DNA of 36,177 bases from Macrostomum lignano (lineage: Eukaryota). Below are positions 1 through 13,229 of this stretch, piece after piece. The position numbers and the translations under genes were made by a program. Position 1 is the stretch's first letter; the number at the start of each line of letters is the position of its first letter. Location of the stretch: positions 1 through 36,177 of the forward strand of contig NIVC01004749.1 of the NCBI GenBank assembly GCA_002269645.1, read 5' to 3'. The notes under the pieces are model-generated. The model was not told where the DNA came from, did no database searches, and saw only the letters and a program-made list of their open reading frames with translations.

Positions 1-570
1 CGGATCCTACAAATGATCACATTGACCCACATCCCGGATCCTACAAATGATCCCATTGACCCATATCCCGGATCCTACAAATGATCCCATTGACCCACAT
101 CCCGGATCCTACAAATGATCCCATTGACCTACATCTCGGATCCTACAAATAATCCCATTGACTCACATCCCAGATCCTAAAAACGATCCCATTGACCCAC
201 ATCCAGAATCTTATAAATGATCCCATTGACCCATATCCCGAATCTTATAAATAATCGATTGACTCACATTACGGATCCTATAAATGATCCCATTGACCCA
301 CATCCGGATCCTATAAATGATCCCATTGACCCACATCCCGGATCCTACAAATAATCCTATTGACCTACATCCCGGATCCTACAAATAATCCTTTTGACCC
401 ACATCCCGGATCCTACAAATAATCCTATTGACCTACATCCCGGATCCTACAAATAATCCCATTAACTCACATCCTGAATGTTATAAATGATCCCATTGAC
501 TCACATTCCGGATCCTAGAAATGATCCCATCGACCCACATCCCACATCCCAGATCTTGCAAATGATCCCA
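1..570. repeat. 34-bp minisatellite (consensus CGGATCCTACAAATGATCCCATTGACCCACATCC), ~16-17 copies, truncated by the window start
   Basis: CGGATC recurs at 1, 35, 69, 103 and onward. Units are contiguous with point variants and no unique spacers. Confidence 0.95.
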
Positions 571-660
571 CAGACACACTCCCATTTTCCCGAATCCCAA
601 GCTAGCAGTTACAAAATCATCGCTAATCCCTCACAAAAGCATCCTTGACTCTCTTCGCAG

Positions 661-777
661 CTGCTGCACGATGCGATCTTCAGAGAGACGGGGTTCAGCA
701 GACAGGACAAGGTGGCCAGCGAAAACGTCAACGATTTCAACATCCAGACGGCCAGAAAAGCCGATGCCACTGACTAG
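661..777 (+). CDS. Probable exon of a gene entering from the left (LLHDAIFRETGFSRQDK...), product unknown
   Basis: Pyrimidine-rich acceptor CTCTTCGCAG ends at 660, followed by GC3-rich codons. It either ends at TAG 775-777 or splices at AAG|GTGGCC (711/712). Confidence 0.35.
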   Translation: MLHDAIFRETGFSRQDKVASENVNDFNIQTARKADATD

Positions 778-990
778 CTAATTAACCCGCTGCGCTTTTT
801 TGTAATCGCTGGTCGCAAAATTTTCCAAAGCAAACTTTAATTGCATATTTAATTCTGTTATTTCGTTGTTGAAACTGAACTCTTATCCAGAATGGTAATT
901 AACCACTTCAAAATCAATTATTGACATCAGACTAACAAAATGCTGACAACTAACACCTGAAGCCAAATATGACCGCACGATATCACCCAG

Positions 991-1161
991 GCAACCAGAC
1001 GGGAGCTGCAGGCGCTGGAAAGCGTCAATGAGTCTCTGCAGAAGAGGTACGAGGCCCAGCTGCAGAAGGTCAGGCAGGGCGCGAGCGACGATCAAGCTGT
1101 CGGCCACCGTGGTCCCGGGTTCGACACCACAGTGAGACTGAGGAGCAAGACCGGTGTTTAG
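991..1161 (+). CDS. Probable terminal coding exon with coiled-coil character (ATRRELQALESVNESLQKRYEAQLQKVRQG...RSKTGV*)
   Basis: Acceptor ATCACCCAG ends at 990. Open frame of 56 codons with host-like GC3 bias, stop TAG 1159-1161, AATAAA at 1286-1291. Confidence 0.55.
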   Translation, partial: ATRRELQALESVNESLQKRYEAQLQKVRQGASDDQAVGHRGPGFDTTVRLRSKTGV

Positions 1162-1912
1162 ATTGGCTGATGAAGCTCGCGCTTTACATTGAGCAGAGTT
1201 TATTTTTTATTCAAGTGGTTCTGAGTTGCAGTTTTAAAAAACACTCCGAGGTAACCAAGATTGGTAATCCCTGATATGCACTTGTAATAAATTTACATTC
1301 GCGCATTGAATAATTCCATTATCAAATTAAAATTTGATTGCTTGCTTAAACAAATTAAATTTCTCGTCTCCAATCGTATCACTCCCACCGCCATTCGAAC
1401 AAACAAACACTGCGATGCACTTTACCGCTGGGACCAAGCAAGATTGCTCCGGTCACATATTCCGTCTGTATAATAAAATTTTGTAAAACTTCCTGCTTAT
1501 TCCCAAATTATACTTAGTTTTTATTGCTGTTGCAAAACTTGCATTGATCCGCAGTAGAGGCGAAAAATTATTGCATTTTTTCTTGCAGCGATTAGAAATC
1601 AATCAGCAGAAAAGCTAACTTCAAAATTCAGTTTAATTGCGGTAGAAATTACCAGGCAAATATCAGAGAATGTTTGGTCGGCTTGCTGATGAAATTTGGA
1701 GGCTTGGCAAGGCTGCACACTGGCGCTTATGTGAAAAATCCGACCTTCTGGCGGAATTGTTGAATATCTTGACGGTCCAGAGAGCTGGCGATTTGATTCT
1801 TGTTTGAGAAAGTGCGCAACAAAACGTCAGGCCGTGTTTTTTCATTTCTTGGTACTTTGGCTTGAGAGTCGGACTCATTAACCACTGAGCTTAATCTGCC
1901 TGTGCATAAACG

Positions 1913-2697
1913 ATTTGCCTTCCCCCTCCCGGCGTTTCCCCCTCCTGGCGTTTCCCCCTCCCGGCGTTTCCCCCTCCGGCGTTTCCCCCTCCCGGCGTTT
2001 CCCCCCTCCCGGCGTTTCCCCCTCCCGGCGTTTCTCTCCCGGCGTTTCTCCCGGCGTTTCCCCCTCCCGGCGTTTCCCCCTCCGGCGTTTCCCCCTCCCG
2101 GCATTTCTCTCCCGGCGTTTCTCTCCCGGCGTTTCCCCCTCCCGGCGTTTCCCCCTCCCGGCGTTTCCCCCTCCCGGCATTTCCTCCCGGCGTTTCCCCC
2201 TCCCGGCGTTTCCCCCTCCGGCGTTTCCCCCCTCCCGGCGTTTCCCCCTCCCGGCGTTTCCCCCTCCCGGCGTTTCCCCCTCCGGCGTTTCCCCCTCCCG
2301 GCGTTTCCCCTCCCGGCGTTTCCCCCTCCTGGCGTTTCCCCCTCCCGGCGTTTCCCCCCTCCCGGCGTTTCCCCCTCCCGGCGTTTCCCCCCTCCCGGCG
2401 TTTCCCCCCTCCTGGCGTTTCCCCCTCCGGCGTTTCCCCCCTCCGGCGTTTCCCCCTCCCGGCGTTTCCCCCTCCCGGCGTTTCCCCTCCCGGCGTTTCC
2501 CCCCTCCCGGCGTTTCCCCCCAGCGTGTCCCCTCCGGCGTTCCCCCCAGCGTGTCCCCTCCGGCGTTCCCCCCAGCGTGTCCCCTCCGGCATCCCCCCCC
2601 AGCGTGTCCCCTCCGGCGTCCCCCAAGAGTTTCCCTCCGGCGTCCCCCCCCCAGTGTGTCCTCTCCGGCGTTCCCCCAGCGTGTCCCATCCGGCGTT
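1913..2697. repeat. GC-rich minisatellite: ~16-bp unit CCGGCGTTTCCCCCTC, grading into a ~26-bp derived unit (CAGCGTGTCCCCTCCGGCGTTCCCCC) after ~2520
   Basis: Directly visible tandem units with variable C-run length. Explains the repetitive ORFs called in this interval. Confidence 0.95.
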
Positions 2698-3243
2698 TGA
2701 ATATTATCAATATTACTGCTACTAATATTGTCATCATGCGAACTGATGGACTATTGATATGAACTTTTACTGTCAGTCTTGAACTGTTCAGCCTTGGCTT
2801 TTTATGCTTCTCCTCTGATGACTGGTTGACCAGCGGACTGCTCTTGCTCTGCATATTGGCTTCTGGAAAAGCTGTTTTGAAAAATTTGAAGCCGCTTAAC
2901 AATTACTGTATCGCGACATTAAAGAAGTGGCAATGCGTAGCAGCTTCTGAACAAGTTTTTATTGCCGTTAAGTTATGAATTCAACAAAGGAGATACAGAC
3001 ATCATGCGCTAGTTTTGGCCGCCAGGATCAATTCAGGTTACCTGATCATATCTGACAAACGCTTCATAGTAACTATAAAATATACAACAGAAGCGCAGTT
3101 GTTTTCTGCAGTTGAATTCTCTTGGAGGCTCCCTTTCACCTGCTAAAAATTACACATTGTCGAATCCACAGCACCGAATATCTCGAAACTTCATAAGCCC
3201 ACAATTTTTTTTTCACGAGTTTGAAGGCCTGAAAGCAAAATCT

Positions 3244-4924
3244 TCAATCTCGAAGCGAACTTGCGGCACCCAAACTGCTGTAGGTCTTGGGAACCTCGCG
3301 CATCATGAGGCCGGCATCTTCGGTAGCGGCAGCAGCCCCAGCCGGCTCTCTGGAATCCTCCGGCTCGGCAGCTGCGGCCTCCGTCTCCTCAACAGTCTGG
3401 CTCAGCGCGCGTCCTTTTGTTTCAAACGGGAAGAAGGCGGCCGCTACGGTGGCCACGATGGACACGGCGGCATAGACCAGCAGGCCTGCCCTCACTGAGT
3501 AGTCGGGCAGCATCACCTGAGCAACGAACGGCGTGAGCAGGGCGCCGATGCGGGAAGCGGCGCAGCAGACGCCCATGCCGAGAGTGCGGATGGTGGTCGG
3601 GTAGGCCTCGTTCGTGTATATGTAGATCGACGTGAATGCGGCGCATGAGCAGCCGCGAGCGAGAAACAATAGCGCCGTGAGCGCCAGCTGCGGCATGCAG
3701 AACAGCATGCAGAACAGCAGGATGCTCAGCAAGGCCGTGTTCACCGCCATCACGCGCGCGTCTGCCGATTATGTCAATGAAAATGACGATGATCAGGTAG
3801 CCGAAGAGCTCCCCCAGCGTGGCCAGGGCGGCTGTTTCATAGTCTGCGCTGCGCAGTGCCTGGCAGCACTCGGAGCTGGACTTGCCGGCTGTGACTTTGC
3901 TCATCAGTCCGGGGCTCTGCAGGCACCTGTGCGGCAGGCCGGGCAGCTCCGTGGTCAGCAGCACCAGGCCATAGTAGAGGAACCCTCCGCAGAACCAAAA
4001 CAAGAGAAGCAGCGAAGTCAATCTGCGGGTCGATGGGTCGATAATAGACGCCACTGCTCGTGAGCGTATTTGAAAGCTTGTTATCTTATTAAAATTTATC
4101 AAAGTTGCGCCCGAAAGAAGCAACCAACCTGATTAGCGTGCGATTCGCGAACAAACTGTTGAAATCAGCTCTGCCAGTCTTCGTTGCGGAATAAGCGAGG
4201 GGTCCCGTCAGCTCCGGACTCCCGTTACACCTGGCCGCACGATTCAGCTGGACCAGGGCCTCTTCTGGTCGACCGGATGCCAGCAGGAATCTGGGCGATC
4301 GAGGCAGCCAGAAGAATAAAGGTAGTATGGCGAACAGCGGGATTGAAGTAGCAGCCAGCACCCGTCTCCATCCGTCTGGTATGAGGACCCCATCAGAACC
4401 GAGAAGCAGCCACGCGATGAAGACCTCAAGCAAGCCGCCAAACGTCCAAAACGTCATCATCACAATGAGAAACAATGCTCTGTACTTTGTTGGCAAGAAT
4501 TCGCCGGTGAGGGTCGACGTCAGCGGGATGAGGCCGCCGATGGCGAACCCGACGAAGCCCCGAAGCGTTAAAAGCCAAGTGAGGTTGGGCGACGCGGCTG
4601 ACACAGCTCCGTAGTAGGCGATCAGGCATGCGCTCAGCAGCAGTGCGTTCCACCGGCCGTACCGATCGGAGATCGCCCCAAGGATTGGCGCACCGAAAAT
4701 TGTTCCGATGAAGACGCAGGTTGCTAGCAGAGCGATCTGTTGAGACGCCAGGTGCCACTGGCACTGCACGCTCCGACCGAGAAACGACAGCAGGATCATC
4801 TCCATGGAGTCCGCGGCCTGAACAGTGCCGCAGACGGCTACCAGGCCGATCTGAAACCGGCCAAATCCGATCTTCTCTATGGCCGCGTCCATTGTCAGGC
4901 CGTTTCATTGCTGCTGACAGACAT
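3244..4924 (-). CDS. SVOP: SVOP-like MFS transporter, copy A (exons 4924/4892-4129 and 4022-3244) with two 1-nt frame disruptions
   Basis: Motifs IGFGRFQ, ADSMEM, GAISDRYGR (MFS motif A) and EAYPTTIRTLGMG..ASRIGALLTPFVAQV. Phase-2 intron 4128-4023 (AG|GTTGGT...CCGCAG). Relative to the paralogues: -1 near 4903 and +1 near 3755. Confidence 0.85.
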
Positions 4925-7395
4925 GCTAAAGCTTCTCACCTGGAAGATTAACACCGCCGATTGAACTCTAGCCAATGATTAAGCATTGTACAACGTAGAG
5001 GCATTGTGCCAAAACGCTGACTGACTGCATCTAACAGACGTCGTTAAGAATAAAGAACGACAAGCTCAAATCCAATGAGCTTCTACATTTACATGATGTT
5101 GTACCGTACTTAATTACTTCATTTTATTAAGAGAGACCCGTGTGTAAATTTTTTTCCTATTTCAACTAGTAGTTCTACAAATCAATAAAATTTCAAATGT
5201 GCGCCGTCAGGACTCCCACTTACATTTACACAAATCCAGTTTCAGGCGTTCGTCAGGTTCCGTCACGTTTGGCTGGGAGCGTGCAGGAGAGATTCTGGTG
5301 TTTTTGTAAAATTAGATCTCTGTTGGCTTACGCTGTGGCAATTTATGTGTGCAGCACTGTATGGAGAGAGGTTTGGAAAGAATAGAGTAATGCAGGCGGG
5401 GGTTTTGAGCTTAAGACCACATAGTGCTGCGCCTTCTCATTGTGTCGAATAAGTCAACGTACAGGGCCGAAAACTCGCTAGTATTCGAATAGCGACAATG
5501 AAAAGGAATGAGTCTGTGAGCCTCTCTGTAGATACACAGCAGAGCTCGGCATTTCGACCGAACTAGCAACAGAGACAAGGCTCACAAAAATCTATCTGGC
5601 AATTGAAGCAAAGCAATTTTTTGTACAGCGGTAAAATTTGGGTAAGCAAAGCACTTAATGAAGTTTTTCAGCAATGTTTGCAAATGCTTTTGGCAACAAT
5701 ACGCTCGTAAGTTTCACTGTCACATTTACTGTAAACACGCACTGCTTCCTACACCGACCTAAGCATTACATTACTGGATTCTCTTAATCCTGAAGTGATC
5801 CACTTTAATTCATTTAGTAATTCACAAAGAGAGCTTTGTTTTGTTATAATCGTTGTATCGTTGTACTGCTGAAAACATTCAGAGCAGTAGAAATGCCAAG
5901 CATTTTTCTCCCTTTTTACCAAGTAATACGTTGAATATTTTAACAGTCTGACGAGTTTGCGACCTGATTTTTACTAGAGGAGTGATGAACTACCTAAGGG
6001 AAATAGTTCCAACATAATTCATTGATCACTCTGTTTTGCGTCACCATTGGTACATCTGCGAGTACACCAGGACACCACATTTGTTTATTAGCTTGTATCT
6101 GTAAAAACAACAAAAAAGCTGCAGGAACTACTCAAGAGGTCCTTGGTAAGCTGTTGGTTCACTAATTTACTTCTAATTGGATCTGCTAGTTTCGGCTGAC
6201 ATCACACAGAAAAAAGACGCATGATCTGGATATCGAAATTCGAATCACAGGTCGGTATCCTAACTGCGGATCAGTTGCACTTAAAATGATAAGTTTTCTA
6301 CAGGCTGTTCGAAATTTTGATCTCTTTAACATGATAGCTTTGTTATTAATTAGATTACTTATACGCTCTTAGACTACAGTTTTGTAGCAGTATGTCTACA
6401 TACAGGCATAGCAAGTTTTAAACGAGTATCAATGTTGCATGTAATGACAAAAATAAACCTTAGCAAATTACACATACGCTCCTACACCTATTTGGGAGTT
6501 TCTGTGGCACAAAGCTTGAGGCTAGCACAGGTTTCTTTAAAACAATCAAAACGGAATGATTTTTTGAAGTCAAAGATCTCTAAATACGAGCGTGCACGCA
6601 AGCATGGGGGCATTGAAACAATTTCATAATATTAAGAGTGTCGCGTCCTGTTTAACCTAATCTTCTAGCGGTCCCTGTATCCACTTTGATTCAAATATTT
6701 GGAAAAGTTCTAAAAGACGGTATATAACTCAATACGTCGATAACTTGTGAAACCTTTTTGCCATTCAGTTTATTGGCCCATTTCTCATTTGGTCCCATGG
6801 TCTCAAGTCGTGGTCAAGATGACACAATCTTGGGAGTCAAGATGAGGTCGGTGCTGACCTTTACAGTGAGATGTAGTTTCGAAAGAGCGGGTCACAACGT
6901 GCTGACGTCGCAGCAAGGTTCAGATTTACCAGCAATCGACGCTTCAGCCACCCGCTTTAACTTTCAAACGCTTCCCAACTCACTTGATCATAGTATCGCC
7001 ATGCACTCCATGAAACACACGAAAGCCTTTGAATTTGAATGGGATGAGAATGAACATATCAAGGCATTGGTATGTTTAATATTAGGTACAGAAAGCTAGA
7101 GTTTCAATATCGAAGCATCTAGACGTTTACTCTCCGGCATTGACGTCTTAGAAATTCTTAATTAAAATATTTTCAAATAAAGCTTCTTTTGAGGTTAATT
7201 GTGTTTCATTTATTGTGAATTGTGACGTTCCCAAATACGAGCGTATGTCTGTGTAGCAAAGTATGAGCGCAGTGAGCAATAAATATCTGATACATGTAAG
7301 AGAAGTGGGGATTTGCAGTAACTAACAGTATGGAAACCATGGACTTTAAATGGGGAAATCGAACGGGCGATCCGATTGGCCCTCGACACGGAGAA

Positions 7396-9056
7396 CTATC
7401 TCGGGAGCTCAGACTGATTCGCGTCTGCGCCGTCTAAACTGCTGTAGGTTTTCCGCACGTCGTCCATCATTAGACCATCGTCTTCGCTGGCAGCCGCTGC
7501 ACCTCTTGCCTCCGCTTTCACTGCCGACCCCTCGATCTCTTCAACAGTCTGGAACAGCGGGCGGCCTTTCGTTTCAAATGGTAAAAGCACAGCGACCACC
7601 GCCGCCAAGAGGGCAACGGCTGCGTAGGTGAACAGCCCGGCCATCATTGAGTAGTCGGGAAGCAGCACCTGGGCAACGAACGGCGTCAGCAGGGCGCCGA
7701 TGCGAGAAGCCGCAAAGCAGACGCCCATGCCGAGAGTGCGGATGGTTGTCGGGTAGGCCTCGTTTGTGTAGACGAAAACGGTAATAAACGCCGCCTGAGA
7801 GCAGCCACGACAGAAGAACAGCAGCGCAGTGAGCAGCTTCTGCGGCATGCAGAACAGCATGCTGACGAACAGGACACACGTGACGCAGGAGTTCGCTGCC
7901 ATCACGGCGCGCCGGCCGCAGACGTCTACGAAGAGGATTATGATGAGGTAGCCAAAGAATTCTCCAAGAGTGGCGAAGGCTGCCGTTGCGTAGTCTGCGC
8001 TGCGCAGTGCCTGGCAGCATCCTACGGTGGATTTTCCGGCAGAGGCGTTGCTGTAGAGACTTAAGTCCTGCAAACACCTGTGCGGCAGGCCTGGAAGCTC
8101 GGTGGTGAGCAGCACCATTCCGTAGTACATGAAACCTCCACAAAACCAAAACACAAGCAGTAGCAGGGTCAACCTGTTGGCGAAGTTCGAAATACTCTCA
8201 GGATATCAAGTCAAACCTTGTACATCAGACACCATTAGTTATATCATCAGCAGAAGCTTACCTAGTTAGTGTGCGATTCGCAAACAGCCCTTCAGATCAG
8301 CTCTGCTCTTTTTTGCAGCAACATCAGTGAGAGGTCCCGTCAGTTCTGACTCTTGTTGCACCTGGCTACTCGATTGAGCTCTGCCAGGGCCTCTTCGGGT
8401 CGGCCCGATGCCAGCAGGAATCTGGGAGACCGAGGCAGCCAGAGAAACATCGGCAACGAAAGAAACAAAGGAATCGAAGTAGCAGCCAGCACCCGTCTCC
8501 ATCCGTCGTGTATCAGCGCTCCATCAGAACCGAGAAACAGCCACGCAATTAAGACCTCTAGCAGGCCGCCAAGCGTCCAAAACGTTAGCATTAAAACTAT
8601 AAATGTTGCTCTGAATTTTGCCGTCAAGAATTCGCCGGTGAGAGTCGACGTCAGCGGGATGAGGCCGCCGATGGCAAACCCGACAAAGCCTCGGAGAGTG
8701 AGAATCCAAGGCAGACTGGGCGACGCGGCTGACACAGCTCCGTAGTAGGCGATCAGGCATGCACTCAGCAGCAGTGCGCTCCACCGGCCGTACCGATCGG
8801 AGATCGCTCCCAGAATCGGAGCGCCGATTATTGTCCCGATGAAGACGCAGGTTGCCAGCCAGGCGATCTGTTGAGACGACAGGTGCCACTGGCACTGCAC
8901 GCTGCGACCGAGAAACGACAGCAGGACCATCTCCATGGCGTCCGCGGCCTGGACGGTGCCGCAGACGGCCACCAGACCGACTTGGAACCATCCGAAGCCG
9001 ATCTTCTCCACGGCAGCGTCTACCGTCAGGCCGCCTCCACATTTGCTTACAGACAT
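7396..9056 (-). CDS. SVOP: SVOP-like MFS transporter, copy B (exons 9056-8262 and 8173-7396) with two 1-nt deletions at the end of exon 1
   Basis: Same motifs as copy A. Intron 8261-8174 (AG|GTAAGC...CAACAG). Deletions near 8349 (AGT CA GAA vs S-P-E) and 8288 (GGC TG TTT vs G-L-F). Exon 2 is intact to TAG 7396. Confidence 0.85.
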
Positions 9057-10526
9057 TGTCTGCCCAGCTCTTTGCCCAAACAGCAATTTTTTGATGCGCC
9101 TAAGTTGTTGTCCGTTTTCAAATCGGTATTTGCTCCGATAAGTGAAGTTGCAATCGAATTAGTTGAAGAATCGGTGGAATCCAATTCTCGAGAAAATGTC
9201 ACCATGTGACAAGAGCGGACTCGAGTAAAACGTGCGGTGGTGTTTTGCCACTCGACAAGTATTGAGGCAGGCTTTTATTCGTATGTTTGCTGGATAGAAA
9301 GCTTGGGTAGCAAGGTGAAGAGTGATGGAAAGACAGAAACAGTCAGTGTGCTCACCCAGTGCTCAGTCTCAATGTACGGGGCTAGGGTCAATTTTCTCTG
9401 CTTGAACAATACGAGCCCGGAAAGGGGCTGACAAATGATGCAGGACAGCTGTGTGCGTTCTCTGTGTCAGCTTTATATACATAGACTTAAAGCATCGCTT
9501 GTGCAAATTCAAGTGAGCAAAAGTGAGCTCCGCGTGTGCAACATGCGGTTTGAAAGGCAACTGGCTGACTTGCACCGAGTGATCGAGAGCCACTGCGAAC
9601 GGTCTTATATTTGGCTGGGTTACCTCCAGCTCGGGAGCACCCAGTCAGCATCTGATGACAGAAGGCACAGCAGTTAACACGAAATATGAGCCTTACAACA
9701 AAATTATGATGACAGCTTTGATAGGTGGTTCCCTGGGCCGATTATCAAACGTTTCGAATTGTGAAAATGTTATAACTATTTTTTACAATGTCTCGTAGAA
9801 CGTACAACACCAATGTTTATGTCTCTGAACATCAAATTACTGGAGGAAGTGACAAGTGATTATCAAAATTATTTTCGGTGCAGGGAAGGCAACAACACAG
9901 CGTTTAAAAGTAAAACAAAAATATTTAACTTATCTATATATTCTAGCTGTGTGTGAAGCCTTGAGACATTGCGTGAGTAGCATAAACACTCAAGTCATAA
10001 TCGAACATAAATAAAGACAATAAGCAAAACAAACAGGACTATGACTAAGGCAAATAATTCCACAGGGACTTAAGGTATTTAGTAGAAGACGCTGCATTCT
10101 GAAATCATGGCAAAATACAGGTTTCTTCTACCGGGAACACATGAAAAGCCTACCTGATGAAAAGATCTTGTGTCTCAGTAGCAAATATTTAAACGTGTCT
10201 TCGAAATTGCCAGGTTAATATATTCGAGCATGAACTATAGAAATGAATTAACAGTCATCAGATGTAACATTCTTTGCAATCCTAGCACTGCTGCAGCCTG
10301 TGACACAAATCTTTTCATCGTTTCACATAAATTATAGAATTCCAACCTCCGTAGTCACGATCTGAGAGCAAAGTGTCCGGCTAACTAATAGTGGTCCTTG
10401 AAGATAGCAACACGAAGATGTCGCTGATCACTTATAACCAATCCTGATATTTCGTATTTTGCACAAAGATTCGCGTGCACCCAGGAGTCAGGAGTGCATG
10501 CAAGCATGTCCTACAGCAGGGCCGCC

Positions 10527-12172
10527 TCAGCCCTGGGACTCCTGAGCGTCCCCACCAGTCACGCTGCTGTACTTCTTGGGATCGCCAGTCATCCGCAGCC
10601 CGTCACCCTCAGTCGGCTCGCCGGCTGGCTTTGAAGACGGCTGCCCAGCGGAAGCCGCTTCGGCAACCTCCTCAACCGTCTGCATCAGAGACCGGCCCTT
10701 CGTGTCGAACGGCATCAGGAGGACGCACACGGTGGTCACGACAGCCATACCGGCGTAGGTGAGCATTGCGGCCATCACTGAGTAGTCGGGCAGCATCACC
10801 TGAGCAACAAAAGGTGACAGCAGGGCGCCGATGCGGGAAGCGGCGCAGCAGACGCCCATGCCGAGAGTGCGGATGGTGGTTGGGTAGGCCTCGTTCGTGA
10901 AGATGTAGATCGCCGTGAAGGCGGAGGCTGCGCAGCTGCGCGCAAAGAAGAGCAAGACGGCCAGCAGCTTCGGCGGCATGCAGAACAGCATGCAGACGAG
11001 CAGGACGCTGAGCACCCCCGTATTGGACGCGATCACGGCCCGCCTGCCGCAGGTATCAATGAACAGAATGATGATCAGGTAGCCAAAGAACTCTCCGAGA
11101 GTAGCGAAAGCGGCAGTTGCATAATCTTCGCTGCTCAAAGCCTGGCAGCACTCGGTGCTGGACTTGTCGGACGAGGCCGCGCTCATCTGGTGCAGGTTCT
11201 GCAGGCACCTGTGCGGCTGGCCGGGCAGCTCTGTGCTCAGCAGCACCAGGCCGTAGTAGAGGAATCCACCTCCAATCCAGTTCACAATGGATAGTAGGGT
11301 GAGTCTGGAATTGTCATTTTGAGCATCGGTCAGAAATGGTCAATCAGTGCTTTTAGGACAGCATCTGCGACTTACCTGGTCATGGTCGGGTTGGCGAACA
11401 GGCCCTTCAGGCTGGCCCGCTCACCCCTGGCCGCGGTGTTGCTGAGAGGTCCCGTCAGTTCCGGCCTCTTGTTGCTCCTGGCTGCTCGATTGAGCTGCGT
11501 CAGGGCCTCTTCGGGTCGGCCGGATGCCAGCAGGAATCTGGGCGACCGAGGCAGCCAGAAGAACATCGGCAGGATGAGAAACAGCGGCACGGAGGTGCCG
11601 GCCAACATAAACCGCCATCCGTTGGGTTTCAGGGTGCCGTCGGAGCCCAGTGACAGCCAGGCTATCAGGACCTCGAAAAGGCCGCCCAGCGTCCAGAAGG
11701 ACATCATGACGATGAGGAAGGATGCTCGGAATTTTACTGGGAGAAACTCGCCGGTGAGGGTCGACGTCAGCGGGATGAGGCCGCCGATGGCGAACCCGAC
11801 GAAGCCTCGGAGAGTGAGAATCCAAGGCAGACTGGGCGACGCGGCTGACAGAGCTCCGTAGTAGGCGATCAGGCATGCGCTCAGCAGCAGTGCGTTCCAC
11901 CGGCCGTACCGATCGGAGATCGCTCCCAGAATCGGAGCTCCGATCATTGTCCCGATGAAGACGCAGGTTGCCAGCCAGGCGATCTGTTGAGACGACAGGT
12001 GCCACTGGCACTGCACGCTGCGACCGAGAAACGACAGCAGGACCATCTCCATGGCGTCCGCGGCCTGGACGGTGCCGCAGACGGCCACCAGGCCGATCTG
12101 AAACCGGCCGAAGCCGATCTGTTCCACGGCGGCGTCTATCGTGAGTCCTCCGCCTTTGCTGCTCTCAGACAT
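10527..12172 (-). CDS. SVOP: SVOP-like MFS transporter, copy C, intact, 524 aa (exons 12172-11376 and 11304-10527)
   Basis: 797+778 nt = 525 codons including TGA. Intron 11375-11305 (AG|GTAAGT...TTCCAG) is at the same position and phase as in copies A and B. SVOP-family motifs as above. Confidence 0.92.
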
Positions 12173-12470
12173 GCTGCTTCTTCCTTGTAGTGTTTGCAGC
12201 TGCGAAGGATTACGCTGAATCGGAGCAAATCTGAAGCAGCTCTTTTAGATCCGGAATTTTGAGCAACTTTCTCACCGTTCAACCGTTTTGGAACCTGAAA
12301 TTTCTATTTTAAAAGGCTCGCTGCGCAGTGTAGAACGCTCCCAGAAACGTAAGCTGTGGGAGCTTAAAAGCGATTAGATTTCTATGGATATGGCCGGATA
12401 GGAATGTGGAAGGAGCCAGGCAAGCACAGTGTTTTACAGCTGTTAGTATAGAGCTGCTCTGGGGAGAAAT

Positions 12471-12576
<106 letters not shown>

Positions 12577-13229
12577 AAGCTGAAAATCCTTGCGCCCAAG
12601 TCAACCGTCATGAACAATCGATATAGCAAAACGCATGCAAAAAGGGCTATTGATTTTTACTAGCCAAATTGATCGGCAGAATAAGACTGCCGAGGGCTTC
12701 CTACAATTGAAGCGTGGGTGTGGGCGCGCACTGCATGGGGTTAGCATTCCAAAGGATTAGTGCTGGTTTTGGCTGGAGGTTGGTCGGTTGGTTGGTCGGT
12801 CGTTGGTAGGGCGACGTCCAAGTATGGACCAGACCCAGTACTTGGACTCAGTGGCTCAACGAGTAGGAAAGTTGCTGTTTTAGAGACCCTGTAGCTTTGC
12901 ACTCCAATCGGAGAAAATATTGAGCGTATTAGCGATCAACTGTTTACTTTGCATGTGCATCTTTTAGCTTTTTAGAACTTCATTATGTGGAAATCGCTAT
13001 TTTACTGTATCGAAGTCCACGATTTTTTTAGCTAACATGCCGCAAGAGTTCTTGAACAAAATCTCGCTGTTCACTAAGATTTACGTTTTACAAAAAAGAC
13101 CTATCTTTTTGTAATCCACCAATATGAAACAGAAATGAACAGCAGCTGAAAGAATGTCCACATTAATTTGTTTATTTGCTCGTTTGAACATGAAAATAAA
13201 AACAAAAAAGTGAAAGTTTCGCTGCCGCC

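Noticed and set aside
1-570. CRISPR-like array of ~34-bp repeats
   Set aside because: Units are contiguous with no unique spacers, there are no cas genes, and the context is eukaryotic. It is a minisatellite.
1727-2902. Long Gly/Arg- and Pro-rich ORFs on both strands
   Set aside because: These are translations of the GC-rich repeat, open in most frames because the unit lacks stop codons.
6758-7099. 113-aa + strand ORF between SVOP copies
   Set aside because: TTG start, no recognisable motif and no convincing exon context.
9237-9677. Short ORFs between SVOP copies B and C
   Set aside because: No motif or clear splice structure; could be a decayed repeat but unsupported.
3112-12190. Antisense and alternate-frame ORFs over the SVOP genes
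   Set aside because: Shadow ORFs of GC3-rich coding sequence.
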